IMG/VR virus record: IMGVR_UViG_2565956830_000008
Coordinates: 1 to 64,000 of that record
Strand: one strand, 5' to 3'
Source of the DNA: a virus
Taxonomy: Duplodnaviria; Caudoviricetes
Length of the DNA: 64,000 nt
Positions 45,823 through 55,085 of this stretch are shown here, in pieces. A model generated the notes under the pieces. It did no database searches, had not been told where the DNA came from, and saw only the letters and a list, made by a program, of their open reading frames with translations. Each line of letters opens with the position of its first letter. The first letter of the stretch is position 1. Position numbers and translations under genes: made by a program.

Positions 45823-46716
45823 GGCGGTCATTTCCGTGAGGAAGGCCAGGGCTGCGTTCAGGTCGCGCGCGCCCTCCACCGCGATGTCGGGGAACTTGGC
45901 GGCCTGGGCGAGCTGCGCTTCGGCGACGATGAACTTGAGGTCGCCGGCGTCGATGGCGGCCTGCATGAGGCCGTCGAAGTCGTTGACCGGCAAGACTCGT
46001 CCGTCGAGGCCGAGTTGGCCGATCATGACCACGCCTCTGACGGAGCCCGCGGGGACGTGACCAGATGCGGCGAGCGCTGTACAGGCGAGGGCGAGGTCGG
46101 CGGCGGAGCCGCCGCGAGCCGCGGTCCAGCAGGCGGTGACGGTCATGTCGCCGAGCGGCCACTGGATGCCGCTGTTGACGATGGCCGCGCGAATCCTGTC
46201 GCGGGTCTCAAGGGCGTACTTCGGGTTCGGGCCGGTGATCCTCATGGCGTGCACTCCCGGCGTGAACTCGGCCTGCACCTTGGCCGGGCCTTCCTGGGTG
46301 GGGAAGTAGCTGCTCGCGGTCTTCGGCGGGGTTTTCGGCAGGCGGATCGTGCGGAGGGGCCGGCCCTGCGGGGCTGCCTTCCAGCCTGCCGCTCCGGCCA
46401 GGTTGCCGAAGGGGATCACGTCGCCGAGGGTGCCCTTGACCTCGTCCGTGATGCTGTCGGGCAGGCCATGACCCGCGGCGGTCGGGGCGTGCCACAGCAC
46501 CTTGCCCTTGGCGTCCGCCACCTCGTGCAGCTCCACCTCGCCAGTGTCGAAGGTGAGCGTTGCGGCTTCGGGCAGGTGCGTGCGGACCAGGTGGGCGACG
46601 TACGCGACCGCGCGTGAGTAGAGGGTGCGTCGGGCGACGCTGGCGGCCTGGTAGGCGTCCTCGAAGGCCTTGGAGTGAACGGCGGTTTCGAGGTCGGTGT
46701 GCAGGGTGTCGGCCAT
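45820..46716 (-). CDS. Protein with C-terminal ComM/YifB (Mg-chelatase-like) N-terminal domain
   Basis: ETRDRIRAAIVNSG, GSAADLALA and GQLGLDGRVLPV motifs; no ATPase domain. Confidence 0.75.
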   Translation of the reverse strand: MADTLHTDLETAVHSKAFEDAYQAASVARRTLYSRAVAYVAHLVRTHLPEAATLTFDTGEVELHEVADAKGKVLWHAPTAAGHGLPDSITDEVKGTLGDVIPFGNLAGAAGWKAAPQGRPLRTIRLPKTPPKTASSYFPTQEGPAKVQAEFTPGVHAMRITGPNPKYALETRDRIRAAIVNSGIQWPLGDMTVTACWTAARGGSAADLALACTALAASGHVPAGSVRGVVMIGQLGLDGRVLPVNDFDGLMQAAIDAGDLKFIVAEAQLAQAAKFPDIAVEGARDLNAALAFLTEMTA

Positions 46717-46752
46717 GGGTCTGTCCTCTCGGTAGGGGTGGGTGTGAGAGGG

Positions 46753-46777
46753 CCGGGGGACGCTGCCTGTCCCCCGG
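46753..46777 (-). repeat. Hairpin with AGGCAGC loop, copy 3
   Basis: 9-bp stem, same loop. Confidence 0.7.
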
Positions 46778-46791
46778 GCCCGGGGCGTTGG

Positions 46792-47148
46792 TCAGGTGCG
46801 GTCGTCCGTCTTGGTGCGCACGGGGAAGCCGGCGAAGGGGAAGGGGTGGGTCAGCTTCCAGCCGTTGCGGGTGAGGGCCTCGGAGGTCTTGCCGAGGCTG
46901 AGGACCTGGTCGAGTACGGCGTGGACCGTGTCGAAGACGTCGTCGGGCAGGTCGAAATCGTTGAAGCTGACGGGCTGGCCGTCGCTGTCGTAGTAGGAGT
47001 CCACGACGCCCTGATCGGTGTCGACGAGGAGCGTGGCGACTGTGGGGAGGTGATCGCGAAGGAGATCGCCAATGCGGGCGGAGGCGGCCTCGGTCGCGGC
47101 GGTGACGGCCCGGGTCGCGGTCTGGAACTCGGTCTCGAAGCGGTTCAT
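46792..47148 (-). CDS. Hypothetical protein
   Basis: MNRFETEF start with GAGGG RBS; after repeat B. Confidence 0.6.
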   Translation of the reverse strand: MNRFETEFQTATRAVTAATEAASARIGDLLRDHLPTVATLLVDTDQGVVDSYYDSDGQPVSFNDFDLPDDVFDTVHAVLDQVLSLGKTSEALTRNGWKLTHPFPFAGFPVRTKTDDRT

Positions 47149-47183
47149 CTTGTTCCCTCTTTCAATGCTTGTGGTGGTTTGTT

Positions 47184-47272
47184 GATCTACATTCATTCTT
47201 CCAAAATGAGCTTGCCCTAACCAGTTTTGTGAACCCTATTCGGCAAAAGAACTTCTAAGAAGCCGCAGGTCA
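47184..47272 (-). repeat. Early hairpin repeat B (degenerate stem)
   Basis: Same layout as A; its TGA is the C5-MTase stop codon. Confidence 0.85.
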
Positions 47273-48994
47273 GGCGGCCAGCTCGTATCGGCTGATCGGC
47301 TCGCCCGTGATGGCTTCGACCAGCGCGCAGTACAGGACCTCAGCCACGGCCGGGGTCACCGCGTTGCCGAGCTGGCGGACCTGGTGCCGCTTCGAGCCCA
47401 TGAGCTTGTACTTCGCCCTGAAGGCCATCGCCCTCGCGATCTCGTGGGGCTGGAGCATCCTGAACAGCACGTCGTCGATCTTGAAGTCGCGGCGGACCAG
47501 TGCGTACCGGTCGCGGGTGGGGAGCGCGCCGATCGGGTCGGTGACCGGCCGGGCCTGGCCGTTGCCGTAGTACGGGACGAGCAGGTGGTCAGGCTGGGTC
47601 ACGAGCCCGTGATGGTTGCCGCCGGCCGTGACCGAGTGAAGCGGCATGCCGAGGTGCCGCGCCTTCTCCTTGTCGCCGCCGCCCCGCATGGGGATCACGA
47701 ACGGCAGGTAGGCGAGGGCGGTCTCCAGGCGGGCCGTCTGGGTGCGCAGCGGGTCCTCCAGCCGCATGGGCTTCTTGCCGTCGCGGCCCTCGCACGGAAT
47801 CAACAGCGGCGGGAACACGATGCCGTCGGTCTCCACGGTCGTCCGGGTGGGCATCGGCAGGTCCAGGCCGATGGCCTTCTCCCGCCAGGTCCCGCCGGCC
47901 GGGACGAGGAGCGGGCCGCCCGGCATCCCCTGGGGTGCCTCGTCGACGTCGCCAAAGAGCGAGCCCTGCCCGTCGTCGAAGAAGTCCTCACCCCAGCCCC
48001 AATACTTGGCGCCTCCGGCCCGCACGCGGGCGATCGTGGCGGGGGCGAGGCCCTCGGGGCAGTCGTCGGTCTTGGACCGGTCGCCGATCGGCGTTCCCGC
48101 GATCGAGAAGTCGATGGCGGCCGCGGCGGGGAGCACGTAGGGCTCGACGATCGCGCGGCAGCCCGAGCGCGGGCAACGGAAGTCGTAGCTCTGCCGGTAG
48201 CGACCCATGTCCCGCTTCGGGTCGCGGAAGACCTGGACGGCGCGCACCTGTTCGTCGCAGTCGGCGCACCAGGCGTCGGGGCGCAGGACCCACTTGTCGA
48301 AGTCGGGGTCGCGGCCGAGGCTCTCGTGCCAGTACACGAAGTACAGGCGGTCACGGCTTTGCGGTACACGGTCCAGGGTGCGCGGGACGACGTGCATCGA
48401 GTTGATCGCGAGGAGCTTCGTCCGGTACCCAAGCTTGTGGAACTCGCCGACCCACCGATCCCATTGGTCCCAGCCCCGGCAGTCTGTGACGTTCTCGACG
48501 ACTCCGGCCAGGACCAAGCCGCCGCGGTTGATCACGCCCCGCAAATACATGGGGACTTCTTCCATGAGGGCGCGGCTGCGCTCCTCGGCGGCCCGGCGTT
48601 CCTTGTCGCTCTTGAACTCCGGCTCTTCGAAGTCGAAATCGCCCTGCATCGTGCGGTCGAAGTCGACCTTCACGCCCCGGGCCGCCGACCACTTCGGGCA
48701 CTCCGGCGACGCCCAGAAGAGCTGGCAGACCGGCCACTTCTCGACCGGGGCCCGGCGGATGTCGCCCTTCCACAGGTCGCAGTTCGGGTTGTTCCACGCG
48801 TGCGTGGCGAGTGCGACGTCCCAGTGGTTCGCGCCTCTGGTGGTCAGCACGCCGGGGACCGCGTCCGCTCCCTGCGTGTCGCCGCCAGCACCGCAGAACC
48901 AGCTCATGGCGGTCAGCACGCTGCCGTCGTGCTTGTAGGCGCGGGCCGGACTGGCGGATGCCCAGGCGCGCGTGGTGGCGTCGATGTAGGGCAT
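47270..48994 (-). CDS. DNA cytosine-C5 methyltransferase
   Basis: FCGAGG, SPEC, ENV, QSRDR and QLGNAV motifs; Cys-rich insertion. Confidence 0.92.
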   Translation of the reverse strand: MPYIDATTRAWASASPARAYKHDGSVLTAMSWFCGAGGDTQGADAVPGVLTTRGANHWDVALATHAWNNPNCDLWKGDIRRAPVEKWPVCQLFWASPECPKWSAARGVKVDFDRTMQGDFDFEEPEFKSDKERRAAEERSRALMEEVPMYLRGVINRGGLVLAGVVENVTDCRGWDQWDRWVGEFHKLGYRTKLLAINSMHVVPRTLDRVPQSRDRLYFVYWHESLGRDPDFDKWVLRPDAWCADCDEQVRAVQVFRDPKRDMGRYRQSYDFRCPRSGCRAIVEPYVLPAAAAIDFSIAGTPIGDRSKTDDCPEGLAPATIARVRAGGAKYWGWGEDFFDDGQGSLFGDVDEAPQGMPGGPLLVPAGGTWREKAIGLDLPMPTRTTVETDGIVFPPLLIPCEGRDGKKPMRLEDPLRTQTARLETALAYLPFVIPMRGGGDKEKARHLGMPLHSVTAGGNHHGLVTQPDHLLVPYYGNGQARPVTDPIGALPTRDRYALVRRDFKIDDVLFRMLQPHEIARAMAFRAKYKLMGSKRHQVRQLGNAVTPAVAEVLYCALVEAITGEPISRYELAA

Positions 48995-49026
48995 GGGTGT
49001 GCTCCTTGCTGTGTGCTGGGGGGAGG

Positions 49027-49788
49027 TCAGAGGGAGGGCTGCGCGTCCGACTCGGACCAGCGGAGGAAGCGGCCGGTGCGGATGAAGTGGGCGCGGCTCT
49101 CAACGGATTCGAGGTCGTACTCGCCCCACACGCCCTGCTTGGGATCGCAGCCGCAGTCGCACGGCTTCTTCTCCAGCTGGTTGTCGCGGTTCAGCAGGCA
49201 GCCGGTGCACTCGAACTCGTGCCAGTCCATGACGGAGCCGCAGGCGCACCGCCAGGAGGCGAAGTGCCACGTCCATTCCCAGCCGCCGATGCCGTACAGG
49301 CCTTCGGCGTTGGGCTCGATGACGTCGGCCGCGTCCTCGTCCTCGGTGGTCTCCTCCACGTACATCCAGCGGATGTGCAGGACGACGGCCCGGGGCTCGC
49401 CCTCGCCGTCGGGTGCGATGGACTCCGGCTGCTCGCCGATGACCAGGTCGCTGCTGACTGCGGCCTTGGCGCCTTCGTTCAGCTGCTGCCAGCGGATGCG
49501 GACGACGACTGCTCGCGGCTCGTGCTCGCTGTCGGTGCCGCCCTCTATGACGTGGACGCTGGCGGCGCTGTCGGCGCGGCCGTCGATGACGTGGATGGTG
49601 TCAACGCTGTCGTGCCCGTACTCGTCGGCCATCTCGATCGTGCGGGCGGCGAGCTGGCGGGAGGTGTCGAGGGTGAAGTACGGGCTCAGCCAGCCGTTCC
49701 ACCGGTTGCTGGGGTCGAGCTTGCAGTCATACGGGCCGAGGGTGTCGTCGATGCAGACGCGGGTCTCGATCATCTGACGGTCGCTCAT
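49027..49788 (-). CDS. Hypothetical protein with internal duplication
   Basis: MSDRQM start; RWNGW.SP.F motif; EPRAVV..IRW twice. Confidence 0.6.
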   Translation of the reverse strand: MSDRQMIETRVCIDDTLGPYDCKLDPSNRWNGWLSPYFTLDTSRQLAARTIEMADEYGHDSVDTIHVIDGRADSAASVHVIEGGTDSEHEPRAVVVRIRWQQLNEGAKAAVSSDLVIGEQPESIAPDGEGEPRAVVLHIRWMYVEETTEDEDAADVIEPNAEGLYGIGGWEWTWHFASWRCACGSVMDWHEFECTGCLLNRDNQLEKKPCDCGCDPKQGVWGEYDLESVESRAHFIRTGRFLRWSESDAQPSL

Positions 49789-49868
49789 GGTTCGGTCACT
49801 CCATCCGGGCATGGGTGACGGGCGGGACGCGGTGCGTCCCGCCCGTCGAAAAGGGCTGGTCAGGTGAG

Positions 49869-50288
49869 TTAGAAGAGGGAGGGCGGCGCGGCCTTCGGCT
49901 GGGCGCCGAGCTCGGGGATCTCCTCGCCGGTCTGCTCCAGCCACCACTTCGCGAAGTGCAGCCGGTGGCACCAGGCATCTGCCGGGCGCAGCTTGTCGAG
50001 GCGGTCGAAGCAGAGCAGCACCAGGCGGGCGCCGCCGTTCCGCGCGACCAGGCCGGCCAGCTCGGCGTAGATGCGGTCGATGCCGTGGGCGTTCAGGAGG
50101 CGCCGGTAGCTGAACTCGTACGCGTCTTCGGGCAGGTTCTGGGCGAGCAGCTCGCGGGTCGGCGTGATGAGCGTGGCCTGGCCGACCAGCTGGTAGCCGA
50201 GCGGGAAGCGCGGGTGGCCCGCAGTGGTGCGGATCGGAGCGCCCATGTCGGGCGTGAACTCCTGGTAGGTGCAGGTGGCTAGTTCCAT
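49869..50288 (-). CDS. DUF488-like protein
   Basis: TPTRELL, VLLCF and WCHR motifs. Confidence 0.65.
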   Translation of the reverse strand: MELATCTYQEFTPDMGAPIRTTAGHPRFPLGYQLVGQATLITPTRELLAQNLPEDAYEFSYRRLLNAHGIDRIYAELAGLVARNGGARLVLLCFDRLDKLRPADAWCHRLHFAKWWLEQTGEEIPELGAQPKAAPPSLF

Positions 50289-50355
50289 TCCCGTCCTTTC
50301 CGGGTGTGGGTTGGTGGTGGAGTAGGGGGCCGCCTGGGCGGCCCCCTACGGGGTG

Positions 50356-50583
50356 TCAGCCGTTGCAGATGCAGGTCTCGCGATTGAAGGGCTCGGTGCC
50401 GTAGAGCCGGTTCGAGAGCCGCATGATCTTGCTGAAGAGCTGGCAGAGGTCCGCGTTTTCGTCCTGCCTCTCTTGGGTGGCGAGGGTGTTGCGGAGCCAG
50501 GGGAGGATCAGGGCCATTTCCTCTCGGGTGAGGACGAAGAGATCCCCGTTGTTGATCTTCTGAGTGATGTCCGCGTTTTCCAT
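50356..50583 (-). CDS. Hypothetical protein
   Basis: 75 aa; first gene after repeat C. Confidence 0.55.
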   Translation of the reverse strand: MENADITQKINNGDLFVLTREEMALILPWLRNTLATQERQDENADLCQLFSKIMRLSNRLYGTEPFNRETCICNG

Positions 50584-50612
50584 GGCCCTGCCCTTTCCTG
50601 GGGGTGGTTTGT

Positions 50613-50701
50613 GGCGCTCCTCTCATTCTTTCCGAATCAGCTCAACCTAGCCAGTTTTGATAACCTGATTAGGCAAAGAAGGGCAAAAGAAGCACTGGTC
50701 A
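50613..50701 (-). repeat. Early hairpin repeat C (diverged)
   Basis: Conserved AAAACTGGCTAGG loop and AATCAG/CTGATT stem; its TGA is the MTase stop. Confidence 0.8.
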
Positions 50702-51526
50702 GGTGAGGGCGAACAGGTCGAGCTGCCGGGGCTGCCGCTGCCACCAGCCGTGGGTGGGGAGCGGCCCGCCGGACTCGGCGTCGACGACCAGGAGGACCGT
50801 GCGCACGCTCGTTCCGGACGGCGCGAACGACTCGTCGGGCAGCGGGGCGAACGTGCCCTCGGCGAGGGCGATCAGCTCGCGGAACTCGACCGTGGCGCGG
50901 TCGCTGTGCCACATCACCGACTCGGGCAGGACCGCGACGAGCGTGCCGCCGTCGTCGAGGAAGCCCATCGCGTGCTTCACGTGCTGCACGGCCGCCGCGA
51001 ACGGCGGGTTCATCAGCACCCGGCGGTAGCCATGGGGGCAGTCGAGCGGGTCCAGGTCGAGAAAGTCCGCCTCGACCACGCGACGGGCGGCGCCCTGCTC
51101 ACGGAGGACGCGGACCCGCCGCTCGTCGATCTCGACGCAGTCGACGACCCCGCCGCACTCGACGGCCGGCCCCACGATCGAGCCGGTACCAGCCGACGGC
51201 TCCAGGACGCTCATGCCCTCGCGGACGCCCGCGTGCGCCAGCATGTCGTCGACCACGCGCGGCGGTGTCGGGTACCAGCCCTGTTCGAGCCGGCTGGGGA
51301 ACTCGCGGGTGGCGAGGCACGCCCGCATGTACTCCTCCACCGGGAACGGGAAGACGTGGGCGCGCACCGCTTTGCGGCCGTCCCACCGTCCGCCGATCTC
51401 CTTCAGGATCTTGTTCACCTGCTCGTACGTGGGGCGGTCCAGGTCGAACGGGATCTGCACCCGGTCGTCGGCGATGACCGTACGGGCGTCGGTGAGGACG
51501 TCGTAGACGCCGCTTGGGATCTCCAT
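50699..51526 (-). CDS. DNA amino (N6-adenine-type) methyltransferase
   Basis: YPTP, VLEPSAGTG, MNPPF, SFAPSGT.VRT motifs; C-terminal QLDLF. Confidence 0.88.
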   Translation of the reverse strand: MEIPSGVYDVLTDARTVIADDRVQIPFDLDRPTYEQVNKILKEIGGRWDGRKAVRAHVFPFPVEEYMRACLATREFPSRLEQGWYPTPPRVVDDMLAHAGVREGMSVLEPSAGTGSIVGPAVECGGVVDCVEIDERRVRVLREQGAARRVVEADFLDLDPLDCPHGYRRVLMNPPFAAAVQHVKHAMGFLDDGGTLVAVLPESVMWHSDRATVEFRELIALAEGTFAPLPDESFAPSGTSVRTVLLVVDAESGGPLPTHGWWQRQPRQLDLFALT

Positions 51527-51576
51527 CGGTCTCCTCCTGGAGGGATAGGGGTCTGGCTGCGTGAACGGGGCTTAGA

Positions 51577-51876
51577 TCAGTAGAGGTGGCCGACGATCTC
51601 GGCGACCGCGCGCGCGACGGTGTCGAGGTCGTCGGTCGGCTTGACCGGCAGCGGCAGGGCGTCGCCGAGCTGGTCGTTGCGGACGAACAGCTCGCCGGTC
51701 GGGTTGGCGCCGATCGTGAAGGGGGTGCCGTCCCAGGCCCGGAGGTGGCCGGTGGTGGCCCACGGGCCGGGCTCGGCGCCCCACTGGTCGCCGCAGTGCT
51801 CCAGGGCGGCCTTCGCGACGTCGTACGGGGTGAAGGTCGGCACGGGGTGGTTGTGGAAGCTGACGGGTCGCTTCAT
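51577..51876 (-). CDS. Hypothetical protein
   Basis: MKRPVSF start with AAGGAG RBS. Confidence 0.6.
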   Translation of the reverse strand: MKRPVSFHNHPVPTFTPYDVAKAALEHCGDQWGAEPGPWATTGHLRAWDGTPFTIGANPTGELFVRNDQLGDALPLPVKPTDDLDTVARAVAEIVGHLY

Positions 51877-51944
51877 GGCTTGGTCTCCTTGGAGGGTTGA
51901 AGGGGGCGCACCGCAGGGCGCGGTGCGCCGTAGAGGGGGCGAGG

Positions 51945-53117
51945 TCAGGCGGCGGCCTCGGCGTCCGGGTTGACGGTCAGGCCGCTGGCGCGGACCTCGG
52001 CGACCATCTCGGCCTTGCGGAGGTTCGCCATCGCCTTGGTCGCGATGTCCTGGAGGTGCTTGATGCGCAGGCGGTGACCGCCGATGCCGCCGGGGGTCCC
52101 GGCGAGCAGCAGGGCCAGCTCTTCCTCGTCGGTGGCCGCGAGCAGCGACAGGATCTCTCCGGCCTGGCCCAGCTTGTCGATCTTCCCGACGAGCTTGCTG
52201 CGGTCGGCGACGATCCGCTCCCGCTCCTCCTCGGGGAGGTCGAGGGTGCCCGGCAGGGCGTCCTGCCCGTTGTCCTTGCGGGCTGCGGTCGCCTCCTCGG
52301 AGAGGACGAAGAACGATCCCTGGTCCTCCTGGCGCCTCTCCTCGTCGTGGAGGGCCTGCGCGAAGGCCTCCGCGTCGCGGGCGCTCTTGAAGTCGCCGCG
52401 CACCCAGCGGCCGAGGAACCGCACCTGGTTCTGGTTGGACAGCTTCCCGACGTACCAGGCGAGGCCGACCGGCAGCTGGTTCTTGACGAGGGCTTCCTGG
52501 GCCTCCGGGCACAGGCGCAGCAGGTCGATCCGCCACTGGACGTACGCGGCGCTCTTGCCGACCAGCTCGGAGACCTCGTCGACCGTGTAGTCGGCGTCGA
52601 CCAGCTTCTTGAAGGCCTTCGCCTCTTCGACGGCCGTCATGTCCGCGCGGCCGACGTTCTCGGCGACGGCCATGGCAAACGTCTCGCGGCCCTCGCCGAC
52701 GCCGTGCATGACGACGGCCTTCATCGTGGGGAGCTCGGCGATCTGAGCGGAACGCCACCGGCGCTCACCCATGATCAACGTGTACCGCTTCGTCTCCGGT
52801 ATGTACCGGACGGTGATCGGCTGGAGCTGGCCGAGCTTCTCCATGGACTTGGCCAGCTCGCGAAGCGCGGCCTCGTCGAAGTGCTCGCGGGGCTGACCCG
52901 GGTCGCGGTCGATCTTGTTGGTAGGGATCGTGCGGAGCTGCGTCCGCTGGCCGTCGCCGGCCTGCTGGGCGGTCTCCTTCTTCGCCGGGGCCGCCTTGGT
53001 CGCCTCGGTCGCCTTTCTCGCGGGCTTCTTCGCGGCCGGGGCCTTCCGCGCGGGCGCCTTCTTCGCGGGGGCCTCGGTGGCGGTCGCGGTGGTGGCCTCA
53101 GTGGCGGTGGCGGTCAT
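51945..53117 (-). CDS. ParB/Spo0J-family protein with histone-like PAKK N-terminus
   Basis: QPREHFD, GQLQPI, GERRWR, EN..R.D, HTH region. Confidence 0.9.
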   Translation of the reverse strand: MTATATEATTATATEAPAKKAPARKAPAAKKPARKATEATKAAPAKKETAQQAGDGQRTQLRTIPTNKIDRDPGQPREHFDEAALRELAKSMEKLGQLQPITVRYIPETKRYTLIMGERRWRSAQIAELPTMKAVVMHGVGEGRETFAMAVAENVGRADMTAVEEAKAFKKLVDADYTVDEVSELVGKSAAYVQWRIDLLRLCPEAQEALVKNQLPVGLAWYVGKLSNQNQVRFLGRWVRGDFKSARDAEAFAQALHDEERRQEDQGSFFVLSEEATAARKDNGQDALPGTLDLPEEERERIVADRSKLVGKIDKLGQAGEILSLLAATDEEELALLLAGTPGGIGGHRLRIKHLQDIATKAMANLRKAEMVAEVRASGLTVNPDAEAAA

Positions 53118-53149
53118 AGCGCGTCCAATCGCTAGATGTGGGGTGGTTT

Positions 53150-53239
53150 GAACTACTTTCATTCTTTCCGAATCAACTTGCCCTAGCCAGTTTTAACAAG
53201 CTGATTCAGCAAAAGAACTTCTAAGAAAACCGCAGGTCA
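53150..53239 (-). repeat. Early hairpin repeat D
   Basis: GAATCAGCTTG/CAAGTTGATTC stem; its TGA is the stop of 53237-53734. Confidence 0.9.
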
Positions 53240-53734
53240 GCAGCCACATTCGCCGCTCGCGGCGGGCACCTGGAAGCACTTCGTGCAGGTGTTAGCGCGG
53301 ACTGCAGCGGCCTTCACCTCGTTGCGGGCCCGGCCGCGCTCGCGGTTCACGAACTCGACCTTCCCGTTGTAGTCGCTCACGCGCTCCTCGAACCGCTGCT
53401 GTGCGACCCACTCCTGGGCGCTGCGCTCGCGGCGCTCCGCAGGCGCCATCGCGGCGTCGGCCGCCAGGGCGGCGCGCAGGCCGGCCTCCACGTCGGCGAG
53501 CTGGTCGGCGAACAGCCCCCAGTCGACCGTCGGCCGGGCGGCTGCGGCGATCCGGCCCGCGACCGCACGGAGCACGTTCCGGTCGAGTACGTCGCGCGTC
53601 ACGGCCCGGCGGACGTCGATCGCCCAGGCGGTGTCGCCCTGGCCGACCAGGCGCCGAGAGAGGTCGAGCACGTCGCCGGCCTCGCCGATCTCGGCAATCA
53701 GCTCGATCTCCTCGATGATGCTCGCGACGTTCAC
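53237..53734 (-). CDS. Hypothetical protein, C-terminal CxxC...CxC
   Basis: 165 aa; the only gene between repeats E and D. Confidence 0.6.
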   Translation of the reverse strand: MNVASIIEEIELIAEIGEAGDVLDLSRRLVGQGDTAWAIDVRRAVTRDVLDRNVLRAVAGRIAAAARPTVDWGLFADQLADVEAGLRAALAADAAMAPAERRERSAQEWVAQQRFEERVSDYNGKVEFVNRERGRARNEVKAAAVRANTCTKCFQVPAASGECGC

Positions 53735-53770
53735 TGCGCTCTCCTCTGGCCGTAGCTTGTGGGATGGTTT

Positions 53771-53859
53771 GAACTACTTTCATTCTGTCCGAAATGGCTT
53801 GCCCTAGCCAGTTTTGACAAGCCAATTCGGCAAAGGAACTTCTAAGAAACCCCAGGTCA
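53771..53859 (-). repeat. Early hairpin repeat E
   Basis: CCGAATTGGCTTG/CAAGCCATTTCGG stem. Confidence 0.9.
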
Positions 53860-53920
53860 GAGGCGATGCATGTCCTCTACTACCCCGGCTTTTCGGCGAG
53901 CATCGCCGCCATCTCCTAGA

Positions 53921-54967
53921 TCAGGCGGCCTTGGAGGCGGTGCTCACGAGTTGCTCGACGCGGCCGATGGCGTACGCGATCGCCGCGTTGGCCTGGACGT
54001 CGTCTCGCCGCTCGACCATGGCCCTGCGGTGCTCGATGGCCCGGGGCCACAGGTCGCCCTCATGGAGGGTGTCGCCGCAGGCGACCATGGCCTTCGCACC
54101 GAGGCCCCAGACGATCATGTTGACGGCGCACCCGGCCGCAGCGATGGGGTCGATCTCCTGCGCGAACCACGTGTAGTTCGCGGGGTCCAAGCCCATGGAG
54201 CGCAGGTGCTGGGCACCGGACCGGAACATGCCGCCGGTGCCCGCGCACGGGTCGAGGAACGAGTAGCCGTCGTGGATCTCGCCCGGGTCCCGGCCGATGA
54301 TCTGAGCGGCCATCATGTCGCAGACCTCCGGCGGGGTGTGGTACTCGCCGAGGCCCTCGCGGGCCGACTTGTGCCGCAGGTTGGTGACCGTCCAGGACAT
54401 GAGGTCAACCCAGGTGTTCATCTCGGGGTCTGCGTGGCCGGTGTGGTCGAGGGCGTTGGCATCCAGGGCCGCGTGGAACGTGTCGCGTACGGCGTTCAGC
54501 TCCTGCCTGGTGATGTCCCCTTCCGCCCAGGAGAACAGTGCCGAGGCGGTGTCGATGAGGTCGGGGCGGCGCAACCACCAGTAGGCGGCGACCTCGCGGA
54601 CACACTGGAGCAGTTGGGGGGCGTCAAGGCCGCGGAAGAACTCGGCCAGGGTGCGCGCGTAGCCCTTCTGCGGCCACAGGGCGAGGGTGGCGACGACGCC
54701 CATAGGGATCTCCATCCGTGTGCCGCCGTAAGCGCGGTACCAGGCGGACGAGACGGCCTCACCGAAGGTGGCGCCATCGGCGGGGTTCAGCGTGTACTCA
54801 AGACGGCGTCGGCGCTCGGGACGCTCCGGGGTGCTGGCCGGCTGCGGGGGCTTGGGCGGGGCAGGCGCCCACTGGCCCGCCGTCGGCTTGGGGAGAGTGA
54901 TCGAGGCCTGGGGCTTGGGGGGTTCCGGCTCGTTGCCGAGCTCGGCGAACAGGTCGAGTTGCTCCAC
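53921..54967 (-). CDS. HsdM-like N6-MTase-fold protein lacking NPP(Y/F)
   Basis: GEYHTPPEV, DPCAGTGGM, QEID, GDTL; no motif IV; N-terminal QLDLF. Confidence 0.8.
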   Translation of the reverse strand: MEQLDLFAELGNEPEPPKPQASITLPKPTAGQWAPAPPKPPQPASTPERPERRRRLEYTLNPADGATFGEAVSSAWYRAYGGTRMEIPMGVVATLALWPQKGYARTLAEFFRGLDAPQLLQCVREVAAYWWLRRPDLIDTASALFSWAEGDITRQELNAVRDTFHAALDANALDHTGHADPEMNTWVDLMSWTVTNLRHKSAREGLGEYHTPPEVCDMMAAQIIGRDPGEIHDGYSFLDPCAGTGGMFRSGAQHLRSMGLDPANYTWFAQEIDPIAAAGCAVNMIVWGLGAKAMVACGDTLHEGDLWPRAIEHRRAMVERRDDVQANAAIAYAIGRVEQLVSTASKAA

Positions 54968-55085
54968 GGGTACCTCCGTCGGGGATGGGACCGGCCCGGT
55001 ACCAGGCGCGCTCGGGGGGCGCTCGGTACCGGGCCGGGGTGGGTTGGGTTGGGTGGCCCGGCGGTTACCGCCGGGCCGGGATGGG

